NCBI RefSeq assembly: GCF_016433145.1
Contig: NC_058130.1
Span: 350,951,010-351,015,009, forward strand
Length of the DNA stretch: 64,000 nt
Reading direction: 5' to 3'
Origin: Gracilinanus agilis
Lineage: Eukaryota
How positions within the stretch are numbered: the first letter of the stretch is position 1; every line of letters begins with the position of its first letter. A model generated the notes under the pieces. It worked only from the letters and a program-made list of their open reading frames with translations, did not search any database and was not told the origin of the DNA. Below are positions 21,931-34,384 of the stretch, piece by piece. Position numbers and translations under genes: made by a program.

Positions 21931-23687
21931 ACTCCCTCAGTATACAAGTGAAGATACTCAGGATGAGAGAAGTGAAATTACTCATAGCAGCAAGCTCAGG
22001 TTCACTACTTCAGATCCAATATTCTGTCCACTACATCATGCTGACTGTACTTGTATAGGATTCTGGTCTCTGTCCATGGATAGAAAGCTGGCCTTGGAGT
22101 CAGGAAAGACTAGGCTCAATTCCTACCTCTCACATATACCTGTGGTAGGACCCTCAGCAAATCACTGTTCTTCTATGTGCCTCTGGTCAACTCTAATGCT
22201 AAAAGGTGCACAATAGTTGCTGATCTGGATTTGTGAAGGGATTTTTCTCACTGTGAATCACAAGTTGCAAATCTGCTCTTCACACCACAAAATTCTTAAA
22301 CTAAAGGATCCCTAATGGGAAGAGGGAGGGAACATACATTTATTAAGAACCTACTATGTGCCGTGTACCATGCCAAATGCTTTAAAAATATTATTTCATT
22401 TGATAAGGAAAGTCAAAAGGAAGGTATCCTAGAACAAAAGCACCTTTTTAGAACTCTTTAAATCTGTAGGTGGCTACCCACATTGCCCGAGTGTAGCCCT
22501 TAGTCTAAGTACTTGAGTAATGCCGATCTTCCTTAACTCTCTAGATTTATCCTAAGTTGAGAACCAGTAGTCACCACCTTAGACATCATCCAGTCTTTTC
22601 ATATTGTAGTTGAGAAAACTAAAGTCCAGGCACCTATGTTTTATGGCTTCACTACTAAGCCATGTGTCTTAGAATAATGGCCATAGAAAACAGTCAAACT
22701 TCTCTATTTTATAATTGAGAAAACTGAGGACTAGTGATCAGATGACTTATTCAGGATCACACAACTAGTGAGACAGAATTTGTACTTAAGTCCTCTGATT
22801 TCCCTTTCACTTGGTCATCCCATCTCTCACTCCATCAGTGAAGCTAGGAATGTGCCTTCCATATGCCATACTATGGCAAACATTACTCCTTTGTATGGTG
22901 GTATGAGTTCTTACTTTGCTCTGCATTCACATTTCTCCTCTTGTTTCTGTACAACAAAATTAAATCAATCAACAAATATTTTTGAGTTCCTATTATCTGG
23001 TATGTTTCTTGTTTTGATTATAATTGGAACAACCCCATTTATGTGATGCTTTAAGGGTTTGCAAAACACTTTCAATCTTCAAAGAACTTTAATTATCCTA
23101 AAAGACAGAAGTGAAAGGCTAATTGTATAGGGTTTAAAGAAATTCAACATAGCTCTGTGCTGTGTAAGGAATACAAAGAAAAAAACCATTTATCTTCTCT
23201 GAATTGAAGGGGTTTACATGCTACAGCATAGCACACATTCGCAAAGTAGCATACCATTAGCTGCCAAATGAATCGTACAAAAAATCATTATTGTAAGAGC
23301 TCAGAGGAAGGAGACTTTAGTTTTGGTCAGAATGCCTTTATAAATGAGAGCAATAATGAAAGATGGGGAAGATTTGGAGGGGAGTGGAGAGAGGATGTTA
23401 GACTAAATGTAGAGAGTTTCTAACTAGATTCCATTAGATTTATTTCAAGAATACATATGTTGTTATGTTACATGTTATATTATGTTATATATAAAAAATG
23501 AATATGCATTCTTTCAAAAAATAATAAAAAGAGAAGAGAAAAAAGAATACATATGATATATGTTCTCTTTTTTCTTGTGATTTCTTGGAATGGGAAGAAA
23601 GTAACAAACATATCCTATAAGAGGCTTTGCACTTTCAGTGTTTTTGGTAAACTAACCGACTTGTGTTTTTGTTTTCCCTTCTTTTAG

Positions 23688-23876
<189 letters not shown>

Positions 23877-23967
23877 TAGGAACGTGGGCAATGATCTCTC
23901 TTTCCTTTCTTTGACTAATATTGATTAGATAAGTGACCATAGCTTTATTTTGGTGTCTTGAAAAGTA

Positions 23968-24313
23968 CATGTACCCGTTCCACATTGTGACTTTACCCAT
24001 TGTGTCTTTGATATATCACAGGTTGGCATAAGAAATCAAACAGGAATTTTGGAGGAGTTTTAAGAAGCTGTTGACAACATAGGAAGGCTAGTAGATGACA
24101 CAGAAAAAGTTTAGAAACTCATTTTTATTTAAAGTTCCCGACAAACAGATTATGACCAAATGCATAACCCAAATTTTACAATAAGATACAGTGAACACCT
24201 TGTAAGAGTGAAAGAAAAGAATTCATACTTTTTCTCTCTTATAAAAGGAGGGCCAAAAAATATTATGGAGATTTTCAGATCATGGGACCTCTGCAATGTG
24301 GAAGGGATGCCTG
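23968..24313. mobile_element. TcMar-type MITE, copy 1 (346 bp)
   Basis: TA|CATGTACCCGTTCCACATTG...CAATGTGGAAGGGATGCCTG|TA inverted ends; colinear with 33846-34668. Confidence 0.75.
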
Positions 24314-24419
24314 TAGTAGATGACAATCATAGCAGATAATTTTGTGGCAATAGTAGAAATGATTGCTTTTTTAGGAATTTAACTTATTTAAGAATACATT
24401 AAATCTATATAAGGACAAT

Positions 24420-24840
24420 TTTAAAACTATAATGACCAAAACAAAGGAGGACTTGAATAATTGAATAGACTTTCCAGCTCATTAATAGGTCAAATTAATG
24501 TAGTAAAAATTTTAGTGCTGCCTAAATTAACATGTGTTCAATTTATTATCAATCAAAATGCCAAAAAACCTTTTTATGGAATTAGATAAAACTAAAGTCA
24601 AATTTCTTCTTTTTTTTTTAAACTCTTACCTTCTATCTTAGAATCAATACCACATATTGGTTCCAAGACAGAAGAGAGGGAAGGGCTAAGCAATGGGGAT
24701 CAAGTGACTTGCCCAGGGTCACACAGCTAGGAAGTATCTGATGCCAGATTTGAACCCAGGACCTCTCATCTCTGGGCCTGACTCTCAATTTACTGAGCCA
24801 TCTAGCTGACCTCTAAAATCAAATTTCTATGGAATCAAAG
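24420..24840 (+). mobile_element. Decayed L1 ORF2 fragment interrupted by a SINE
   Basis: Degenerate translation KEDLNNW...GQINVVKILVLPKL resembles L1 ORF2 (..WIGRINIVKMAILPK..). Confidence 0.6.
24615..24813 (-). mobile_element. SINE1_Mdo-like SINE
   Basis: Typical body; flanking duplication aaa(g/a)tcaaatttct. Confidence 0.85.
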
Positions 24841-25467
24841 TAGGTTATATATTGAACCCTTTAAAAATGCTGCTTCCTACTTGTTCTTGAAAACTAGCCC
24901 TTTTTGCCTCAAACTGAAAACTATGGGAAGAGTTGCATCTTGGATGACACACGGAAGATGTTTAGTGAGAATTTCATAGTATTTATATAAAGCTCTATAA
25001 TACCAAGGACTGGGGACTCAGGTTTGAGGGATCGAATTTCATTAAAGACCTAGGAGGAAGTCATGTTTTATTCATGGGCTGGAATATACTTGTAACACAC
25101 TGATAATACATAGAAGCTGATTTCTCTTCCATTCCCATCCTGAGGCATGAGTGTGTTGAGTATGTTAGATGTACTCAGGCCATCCTGGTAAGTTGAGCAG
25201 GAACTGATAGGATCAAAGCAACAGGAAGGCATTCAAGATCAGAGTAACTTGGAGTCAGACAAAGCTTAAATTGTTTAGGAAGATTTCCCATATCAAGGTG
25301 GGTAAGCATGAAGAAGGTCAGTGGCACTCCTAAGCAAAAACAATGAAATGATCCTCCTTAGGAAGTGTTTGCCCTCTCACCTATTTATATGGGTTTTACT
25401 AGACACAGATGGCCATGTACGGCTCCCAGTTCTAAATCTATGATCCCATGTGGTGCTAAAGTACTGT

Positions 25468-26156
25468 TGTGAGGAATATTATTATTTAGTTGTTATGTAG
25501 GAGACTTAGCAGGAAGGGCTGGAGAATTCCACATGGAATGGGGAAGCAGGAAGTGGCTTGCACTCTCTGAGAAGGACTCCATGGTGGTTGGGACAAGTAG
25601 TAACTGATTCCCTGGGAGACCTCAGAGCTAGTGGAGTTGCACCCTGATTCCCTGGGATCCTGGAATGTGGTGAAGGTTGGAAGCAGAGGACATCTATCCT
25701 GCACAACAGCATTGAGTAGAGAAGTGGCCTGTGATCTGGTGGACAGCTTGCAGATTCCTCTCCCTACCAGGCTGCTTTGGACCATCAGTTCTGGAGGAGT
25801 TGGTTCCTGGCATCCTGAAAACATCTCTGGACTCTACTGTGAGGATTCCCACTCCAGTCCTGTTATTCTCTGGGCCCTGCCTGGCTTAGGTCTTAGATTA
25901 GTGTAGATAAGTCCCTCCCTTGACCCTGTGCTTTGCCCTTAGCTTGTTAGTGTAGAATCCCTTATTCCCATCCTTTATTATTCTTATAAACCTTGCCTTT
26001 ACTTGCTGACTTCCATAGGCCTAGTCTTGATACTGCAGAGTGGCAACTGCCACCTCAGTAGCAGTTACCTCCTTGGCAGTAAAACTTGGTCTCCCTACCT
26101 TGTTTTGGTCCTGTCATCTGTCATTCCTGTCTCTCTCACCCCAGTGTGAACCCACA
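25468..26156 (+). mobile_element. Probable LTR (ERV) element, possibly with a short internal remnant to about 26380
   Basis: TG...CA ends (tgtgaggaat...gaacccaca), GC-richer than the flanks, tataaa near the 3' end. Family not identified. Confidence 0.4.
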
Positions 26157-26409
26157 AATAATAGCCCAGTATGCACAGATGGGAATTGTGTACATAGGGA
26201 CAATCAGATCTATAAGCATCCTTGGATTCTGATGGACCACGGAGAAAGGGGCTAGGTTCATAGGGAGTTCTTTGCAATATGGCTTCTTCTGCCAGAGAGT
26301 TTATCTCTAGGGGAGGCAAGTTGGTTGGGCTAGGTGCCATAGACTTCCTAAGCACTGGTTAGAGTATCTACTTAATGTCGTGAGCTCCTGGAATGCTTTT
26401 TTTTTCTTT

Positions 26410-26830
26410 TTTAGGTGGTTGGTATGCTGGTAGAGAGTTGATTTTTAAATTTCATTGTGACAAATGCTTCAAATAAGGGTTTGATTTATTTTTATTTTTT
26501 GATTGTCTAGACTTAAAAAAGTGATGTGGAAAGTGTTAATAATACAGATTAAACTTAAAAAGTGTGAGGGCAGCTTGGTAGTACAGTGGACAGAGCTCTA
26601 GACCTGGATTTCGGAGGACCTGGTTCTAATCTGACCTCAGATACTTCCTAGCTCTGTGACCTGGGCAAGCCAGTTTACTCCAATGGCCTAGCCCTTGTCA
26701 CTCTTTTGTCTTAGATTCAATACTAAGATTGGTATTAGGTACCAAATAGAGGGTAAGGTTTTTTTTTAAGTATTATGCATATACTTTTTTTCCTGGAGAG
26801 TTAGTTATTAACATTTTGCTAATACATAAT
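26410..26830. mobile_element. hAT (MER63-like) remnant with a + strand SINE inserted at about 26568-26770
   Basis: ttgattgtctagacttaaaaaagtgatg...gttaataatacagattaaac matches 12068-12125. Confidence 0.55.
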
Positions 26831-27079
26831 TATATCCTTTCTTCAAGTTGGTGAGAAATGCAGATGATCTCATTTCCTCTGAGAGTCAAAGATTCTTCAA
26901 ACATTGTAGGCTTTCTGTAAGCTGTATTATTTGATCTAAGAAGGGATTGTGCCAGTGAACCTTGCATTAGGAAACAGAACGCTAGTTGATTTTGAGGAAA
27001 TGAACTTAAAGATTTAAGAGCTTAAAACTCTTAAAACTTAAAGAGATGTTATACAGTTAGAAAGGAACAATAGTTTCTC

Positions 27080-27305
27080 ACTGTTGTTGAGTCATTTTCA
27101 GTTATGTCTGACTATTACTGACCCCATTTAGGGTTTTTGTGGCAAAGATACTGGAGTAGTTTGCCATTTCCTTCTTTAGCTCATTTCACAGATGAGGAAA
27201 TTGAGGCAAACAGCATGAAGTGACTTGCTCAGAGTCACACAGCTAGTAAGTGTCTGAGGCAGATTTGAGCTCAGATCTTCCTGACTCCAGACTGGGTGCT
27301 CTATC
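27080..27305 (-). mobile_element. MAR1-like SINE
   Basis: ttgttgagtcattttcagttatgtctgac...ggcaaagatactggagtagtttgccatttcc. Confidence 0.8.
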
Positions 27306-28459
27306 TATTAAGGATAGCCAAAACTTGTTCCTTCAAAGAACAGGGAGTCATACTGGATATTGGTGTTTTCTTTATTTTTCTGTAGCTGATGAGGGTATTT
27401 TTGTGTAACTAGATGGTAGACAGCTGGTCCTGTTGATATGAGTAAGAACTGGTGGTGACAAGATAGTACAGCCATCTTCCTGACTTTGCTCCTGGCTAGG
27501 AATAGGGATGGGGATAGACTAGAGCTATAATTATGAAATATTTATTTAAGCTATATATTTATCACTTAAACACCCTGGTTGGGGGAGTGAGAAAAGGCCT
27601 AAGCCAGGAGGCTCATACATGGGGATGGGCAAGAAGTATTTGAGTTGAGCAATGAATTGGTCATGAATATAGGGTGCTCACCTGGGAGGCCAAATGCAGT
27701 GTCTAAATTAGAAGCAGTTTGAGTAAGGAAAAAACAAAGTTTGTGGTGAGAGGTATGAGCCTAGAAAAGGCAGCAGAATTGTAAACAGAGATACCAATGA
27801 AGGCCTGGGTTCTCTAAGAAGTTTGCTCCATTTGCTGCATTTAGCTTCCTTCAGGTTGATGTTTATTTTTATGGGATCCTTTCCCTTAGCTTCTTCCAAA
27901 TTCACTTCAGCTGGACAGCTCCCACCACTGCCTGCAGTACTGTTCATGGAAATGGCAGTCTCTCAGTGGACAAATAGGTTTGTTGATAAAGACCATAGTT
28001 AACCTAGAAAGAACTACACTCTTTTAAAATATGTGTGTGGTGGCAGTGGGTGGTCATGTTCAAATTCAGTTAGTGATAATAGAAAAAGCCATTTGTTTGT
28101 TTGTTTTTTTGGTACCCCAGGAAACTCCTGAAGGTCTGGTTTACCCAAATATTTTTTGGAGGGGGGAAACTAAACGACTTTAGTTTTCAAAAGCCTTTTC
28201 CAAAAGGGTGTAAATGCTTTGGAGGAAACTATAGCATGGGAAGAGGTCCTCTTGAAGGAGTAGTACTGTCTGGAGGGTGTAGGTTAAGAGCATAGCATAT
28301 AGAGCTTGTAAGAAGTTGAAGTAGGTCATTCATGCTGACTACTAAAATAAAGCTACTTTAGGAGGTCAAGAAAAAGAAACCCAGAAGTTTGGGTGGCTCG
28401 AGGCAATATACTAGCAAAGAAAACCAGGAAAGTAATCCAGGAGTTCCTTTAAAGTTTTT

Positions 28460-29900
28460 TTATTTAAACATTTCCTTAAAAACACCATCAATACAATCAA
28501 CTAAACTTTAAGAAATTATTTCATAGAAATGAACATATTCCTTTACATTTTTTTACTTTTTATTTTTATATCACCTTTGTTTCCAAATATATCTTTTCTC
28601 CACTATGTCCAGGGAGATTTTTCTTATAACAAAGAACAAAAAAAGCAAAAAGAAAGAGGAGAGTTAAGTAGTTCAGCAAAACTGACATCTCAGCTGAATC
28701 TAACACCATATACATTGTTCAACATCCACATGGCTTTACCTCTGCAAAGAAGAGAGCAACAAGAATTTTCTCATTTCTTCTTTGTGGATGAATTGGTTAT
28801 CATGATTACGATTTTAATTCATATGTTGTTCTTTCTCTATGCTGCACTAGAGATACATATACATCTGAGTTTTCCTGGTTCTTGACTTTTCATCAGTTCA
28901 TATGTCTTCTGGGCAAGTCTTCTTGTATTCTTCATAGTCATCATTTCTGATAGAACAGTAATCTTCTCATGTTTTTCTATGTATGGGATCTTTATTTCTG
29001 TTATTTAACCTTCTTGGGTTATATTTCTAGCAATAGGTTCTCTGGGTTAAAGGGTATGAATATTTTAGTTACTTTCTTAACCTAACTTCAAATTCCACAA
29101 TAATTGTACTTATTCATAGTCACACTACCAGTATAGTAATGCTTTTTAAAATAACTCCTCCAACAACTGATTATTGACCTTTTTTTGGCTATCTTTGCTG
29201 ATTTGCCATGTGAGAAATGAAATCTCAGGGTTTTTTCAGGCAGTATTTATCTTCTTAGTGAGTTGAGGAATGTTTTCTTACAATTGTTATAGTTTGCAAT
29301 TCTTGCGAATAGCTGTTCACATCTTTTGACCCCCCTCCCCTTATCAATTGGGGAAATGTTCTTGATCTTATGTATTTGTTTGCTATGTATCTTGGTTTTT
29401 AGACACTTATCAATTATTTGATTTTTCCCTCAAATGATGTTGATTTTGTTCATGTAGAAGCTTTTCTACTTCATGTAATTGAAACAATCTCTTTCATCAT
29501 TTGTAATTGCTAAAAATTATTTTTTTGGTTAAGAATTTTCCCTTTTGACATATCTATGAAAGACCCGTAATCTGGTTCTCTTCTAAATTTTCTTTTAATG
29601 GTATGACCTGTAGAATTCAGGTCAGATGTTCATCTTAATCCTTTTGTGGTATGGGGCATTAGAAGTTGGTCTAACCTTAATTTCTGCCAAACCACTTTCC
29701 ACATTTTTTAGAAGTACTTATCAAAAATGGAGTCTTTTCAAAAGTTATTTATGTCCTTGGATTTACCATTTTCTGGCTTATTGTCTTGGATTGCTTCTGA
29801 CTTTTTTCTTATTTAGTCCTTTTTATTAATACATGATTTTGTTTATACCAGTACCAAATGGTTTTTGCTAATTATTGATTTCTTGTATGATTTGGATTCT
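28460..29900 (-). mobile_element. Old L1 fragment (3'UTR plus ORF2 end)
   Basis: T-rich; ctgggttaaagggtatgaatatttt, atctttgctgatttgcc, aattgaaacaatctctttcatc motifs of antisense marsupial L1. Confidence 0.65.
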
Positions 29901-30682
29901 AGATTCCCATTCATTCATATTTTTTTCTTCATGGAGGAATTTCAAAACTTGAAGAATTTAAAGCTTTTGTTCACTCCCACTGCGTCCTCATTAGAGTCTT
30001 TCTTTGCACAATTATTCCTATTCACTTTTCCTCTTATCTGACTGTAATATGAACTCCATTCTTCTGGTTCTATTTTTTTATTCATCATATGTAAAGGATG
30101 CTAGAGATTTCTTTATAGTTTCATAGTCCTTGGTTTTAATTGCATTATATTATTATATTAATGTATTAAAATTTTATTTATCTGTTCTTCTATTGTTGGA
30201 ACTTAGGTCGTCTTCAGTTTTTTTTTTTTTTTTTTTTTTGTGATGGCATGTCAAGTTGCTGTGACAACTTTTGAACATATAAATCTTTTCCTGTTATTTA
30301 TATTGATAGTGAATTCATGGTATATGACTAACAATAAAAATATTTATTTCAAAGGGTATGATGATGTTTGCTTTCCCATGTATAGTATCTTTTAGACCTC
30401 TTACTGGGTACTGCTGACCTTAGACCTTTAAGTATATAAAGAAGTAGAAAGAAGAGAGTGAAAGGGTCTCACAAATGTGCCTAGATTTTGGCTGGGGCAG
30501 AGAGAGAAAGGCAAAGGTCCTCCGTGTATTTCATTTGAGCAAACAACATGCTAACTGTATTAGGCTTTATATGAAATATAGTTGGAATTGAGACTTTTTT
30601 TAACCTGATTCATTAATGGTAACTCTCAACCCTGATTCTGTAAGTCTGTTTGTTCAAGGGTTATAGCAAAATCTTCATTAAC

Positions 30683-30813
30683 NNNNNNNNNNNNNNNNNN
30701 NNNNNNNNNNNNNNNNNNNNNNNNNNNNNNNNNNNNNNNNNNNNNNNNNNNNNNNNNNNNNNNNNNNNNNNNNNNNNNNNNNNNNNNNNNNNNNNNNNNN
30801 NNNNNNNNNNNNN
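30683..30813. other. Assembly gap (131 N)
   Basis: Run of N. Confidence 1.
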
Positions 30814-31018
30814 AACAAAACCTCTTACCTTCCATTTATAATCAATAATCAATACTGTGTATCAGTTCTAAGGTAGAAGAATGGTAAGGGCTAGGCAATG
30901 AGAATTAAGTAACTTGCCCAGGGTCACACAGCTAGATTGTGTTTGAAGTCAGATTTGAACCTAAAACCTCCTGTCTTTAGGCCTGGCTCGCAGTTCACTG
31001 AGCCACCCAACTGCTCCA
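30814..31018 (-). mobile_element. SINE1_Mdo-like SINE; the gap falls at its tail
   Basis: aaacctcttaccttcc...agaagaatggtaagggctaggcaat...gagccacccaactgctcc. Confidence 0.85.
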
Positions 31019-31359
31019 ATACTATATACTTTTTAGAAGCTATGGAGAGTGTCAGGAAATTAAACTAGTAGTATCAGATATCATAACCTTCCCCCTGCCC
31101 AAAGTTTGGAAATCACAGCATTAAGGACTGTTCACTGTTCTTAAATACCATCAATTTCCCTGGATAACAACTTTTCAAAGACATCAAGTAGGGGTTTCAT
31201 ATTTCCATCCTTTTTTCTCCTACTTTTAATTTGACCATTCATGGAAAATGCTTAATAAATATTTGTTCAGCAAATGACTGGAGTCATTATATCTGGGAGA
31301 TGTAGATTTCTAAAGTGAACAGTAATACTTTTTGTGCACTGCCAAAATTTAGAAACAAA

Positions 31360-32085
31360 GTGGATGCTCCATGATTGTGGAATGACTGAAAAAAATTATG
31401 GTATGCAAATATAATTTAATATTGTTATACCATAAGAAATTACAAATATGCAGAGTTCAGAGAAACATGTAAAGAGTTAATATGAACTGATTTGTGAGAT
31501 GTGAATAGAACCAAGAAAACAGTATACATAAACACTCTAATAATGTAAGTGAAAAGAACAGTAAAACAAAACCTAATGCTATTTAATTATAATGACAGGT
31601 CTTGGCCTTAGAGAATAATAATAATAGCCAACAGTGATATAGCACTTTAAGATTTGCAAAGCCCTTTGCATGTGTCACTTCATGTGACCCTTACAACAAC
31701 TCTGTTAGGTAGATACTACTATTATACCCATTTTATAGATGAAGAAACCGCAGTTGAGAAATGTTAAGTGATTTGCCTAGGGTGAATGTACATGACTGAG
31801 GCAGGATTCAAGCTCAGGTCTTCTTAGCTCTACTCCCAGGACTCTATTGACTACACCCTTCTGCCATATGGCAGAAGAAATGAGAAGAAATGTAGCTCTT
31901 TTCTTTTTTTGGAAGGAGTGGGGAGCCATGTGTAGTGTTGTATATACAAGGTCAGATGTGATTGCTTTGATTGGTTGATTTTATTAGATGTTATTCTTAG
32001 TTAGGCAAGAGGTTCATGGAGTTGGAGAGGGTATATCTGGAGTGACTGTGATATAAAAGCAAAAGATATTGATAAAACCTAAAAG
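31360..32085 (+). mobile_element. Old L1 3' fragment interrupted by a - strand MIR (about 31620-31865)
   Basis: aaattatggtatgcaaat...agaaacatgtaaagag...tgaactgat...agaaccaagaaaacag. Confidence 0.55.
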
Positions 32086-33199
32086 ACAGAATAAAATGAG
32101 GGACTAAATACTCCATTGCTAACTCACATTGTTTTTTCAGATGTAATAAGGACTTAATTGTAATCCACACGCACAATTTCCCACTCTTTGCTCACTTGCC
32201 TTCCTGTTTCCCTCCCACTCAACCCCTGCCCTCCAACTTCTAATTAAAAGTCTGACTTCTCATTCTTTGTTCCCATCCCAAAATTTGCTAGATCGGGTGA
32301 AGAATTTTATGCTTTGAAGCCTAAATTCATCACTTCCATTTTAAAAGAAAAAATACATCAAGAGTTAAAAATTTCAGGTCACAAAACAGTTTAACTCCTG
32401 ACAAGTGAAAAGTTAGCAGACCAAGATCACATGAAATAGCAATTCTCTTTCCCAGACTTTAGAATGCAGACCTTTTTTTCATTAAACTAACAGCCTGAAA
32501 ATCAATTACAGACTCCAAAGATACTACATGAATTTTCACCTTTCTATAGCCAAATAGTTTTTAGGTCTTAGTCCTGTCCCAAGATAAATGGTGCACATTA
32601 TACATGTCTTATTCAATTAGGTAACTCTGCTTGTTGAATGTGCGTGACAACCTAAAGTCAAACTCCTAAGTTGGTTGACCCATATACTGCTCCAAAAATG
32701 TGTGTGAATATGGACCAGCTTAGGCTTGGACATTCTCATTTTGTTTGGTGTAGGGATGTTTGAGATGGATCCAGAGATACCGTCAATGGATTTCATGATC
32801 TGTACTGTATCACTTTCAGCACCTCTAAAATGAATGCATCTTTTTACCATTAAAAAACCCTTTTTATTATAAAAACTTATTGGCGATCAAAGACAAATAG
32901 CTAAACAAATATATAAAGGAAGGGATAAAATCTTACATTAAACCCTGAGAATTGAAAGGCGTAGAAAAAAACAAATTAGCAGAAAATAAACAATGAAACA
33001 TGTTGGCTCTGATTTCCTTCCCATGTCTGTCTGAGATTTTAGGACCTTTGTCTTTGTCTTTTTGTTTTTAAATCTGCAATTGTTGTTAACAACTTTTGAT
33101 TATATATTTGAATAATATACTGCAATTACAGATAATTATTTTAAAATCTAACTTAGGCAGCTGTTGGGTAATAAGTGTTTGTAGGCAAAATTAATCTGT

Positions 33200-33465
33200 A
33201 GGGAGGTGGTGAAGTGGGATAGAACCCTGAGCCTGGAGTCAGGAAGATCTGAGTACAAATTTGGCTGCACACAGTTACTACCTGTTACTTGCTTCTGGGC
33301 AAGTTGTTTAACCTATGATTGTCTCAGTTTCCTTATCTGTAAAATGGAGATAATAATAGCACCTACCTCAAAGAATTGCTTTGAAGATCAAATGAGATAA
33401 TAATCACAAAGTGCTTAAATACAGCATCTGGAACCTACTAAGTTCTTTATATATATGTTAGCTAT
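33200..33465 (+). mobile_element. MIR-family SINE
   Basis: gtgggatagaaccctgagcctggagtcaggaagatctg...tcagtttccttatctgtaaaatggagataataat. Confidence 0.8.
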
Positions 33466-33490
33466 TAAATGCAACCTTTCAGTGATTTAA

Positions 33491-33696
33491 CAGAGGTGTC
33501 AAACATACAATTTGAGCCTGCAGAGTGCAGCTGGACTCAGATTAAAATATAATTGTAAATTAAAAATATTAACAAAATAAATAAAAATATAATAGAACAC
33601 AATATTGATAAGCAGTTTTCTAAGTTAATATGCAGGCTACAGGCATCGCTAGGTACTGTTTAGAAGCCCCATTTCTCTTTGAGTTTGATGTCACTA
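33491..33696. mobile_element. hAT-Charlie-type MITE remnant
   Basis: cagaggtgtcaaac...gtttgatgtcact imperfect inverted ends. Confidence 0.5.
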
Positions 33697-33713
33697 ATCT
33701 TTGGCACCATTCC

Positions 33714-33845
33714 AAGAGTTCTTAGCATCTGGGGGACCATGGATTCCTTTGGATGTCTGGTGAAATCTATGGAGCTTGCCTCAGCATAATGTTTGTACTA
33801 CAGAAAATAAGTGAGATTACAAAGAACACCAATTATATTAAAATG
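33714..33845. mobile_element. hAT-Charlie-type MITE remnant (related to 21762-21930)
   Basis: caagagttcttagc...ccatggattcc...tggtgaaatctatgg...gattacaaagaacaccaattatatt. Confidence 0.5.
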
Positions 33846-33919
33846 CAGGTATCCTACATTGTGGCTTTCCTTATCATGGTTTCAGCATATCATAGGTTGG
33901 CATAAGAAATTAAATGGGA

Positions 33920-34104
33920 GGGGGCAGCTAGATGGCTCACTGGATTAAGAGCCAGATCTACTGATGGAACCCAGTCCTTGATTCAAATTTGACTTCAGAT
34001 ATGTCCTCATTGCCTGCCTAGCCCTTATCACCCTTCTGCTTTAGAACCAATTTATAGTATTGATTCTAAAACAGAAGATAAGGTTTTATTATTATTATTT
34101 TTAA
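33920..34104 (+). mobile_element. SINE1_Mdo-like SINE nested in the MITE
   Basis: gggggcagctagatggctcactggattaagagcc...; TSD TAAATGGGA at 33911-33919 and 34105-34113. Confidence 0.8.
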
Positions 34105-34119
34105 TAAATGGGAATTTTG

Positions 34120-34384
34120 CAACTGATTGATCACATGGGTCTATGGGGATATGATTGGGGATGTAGATCTAAATCTACATCTAAATCTAAAAAGATCTAA
34201 ACGATCACCCCAGTGCAAATATCAATAATATGGAAATAGGTCTTGATCCATGACACATGTAAAACCCAGTAGAATTGCGTGTTGGCTCCAGGAGTGGGGT
34301 GGGAGGAGGGGAGGGAAAGAACATGAATCAGGTAACCATGGAAAAATATTTTAAATTAATTAATTAAATAAAATAAGAAAAAAT
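34120..34384 (+). mobile_element. L1 3' end nested in the MITE
   Basis: acatgtaaaacccagtagaattgc...gaacatgaatcaggtaaccatggaaaaat plus A-rich tail; TSD AAA(TG/CA)GGAATTTTG. Confidence 0.8.
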
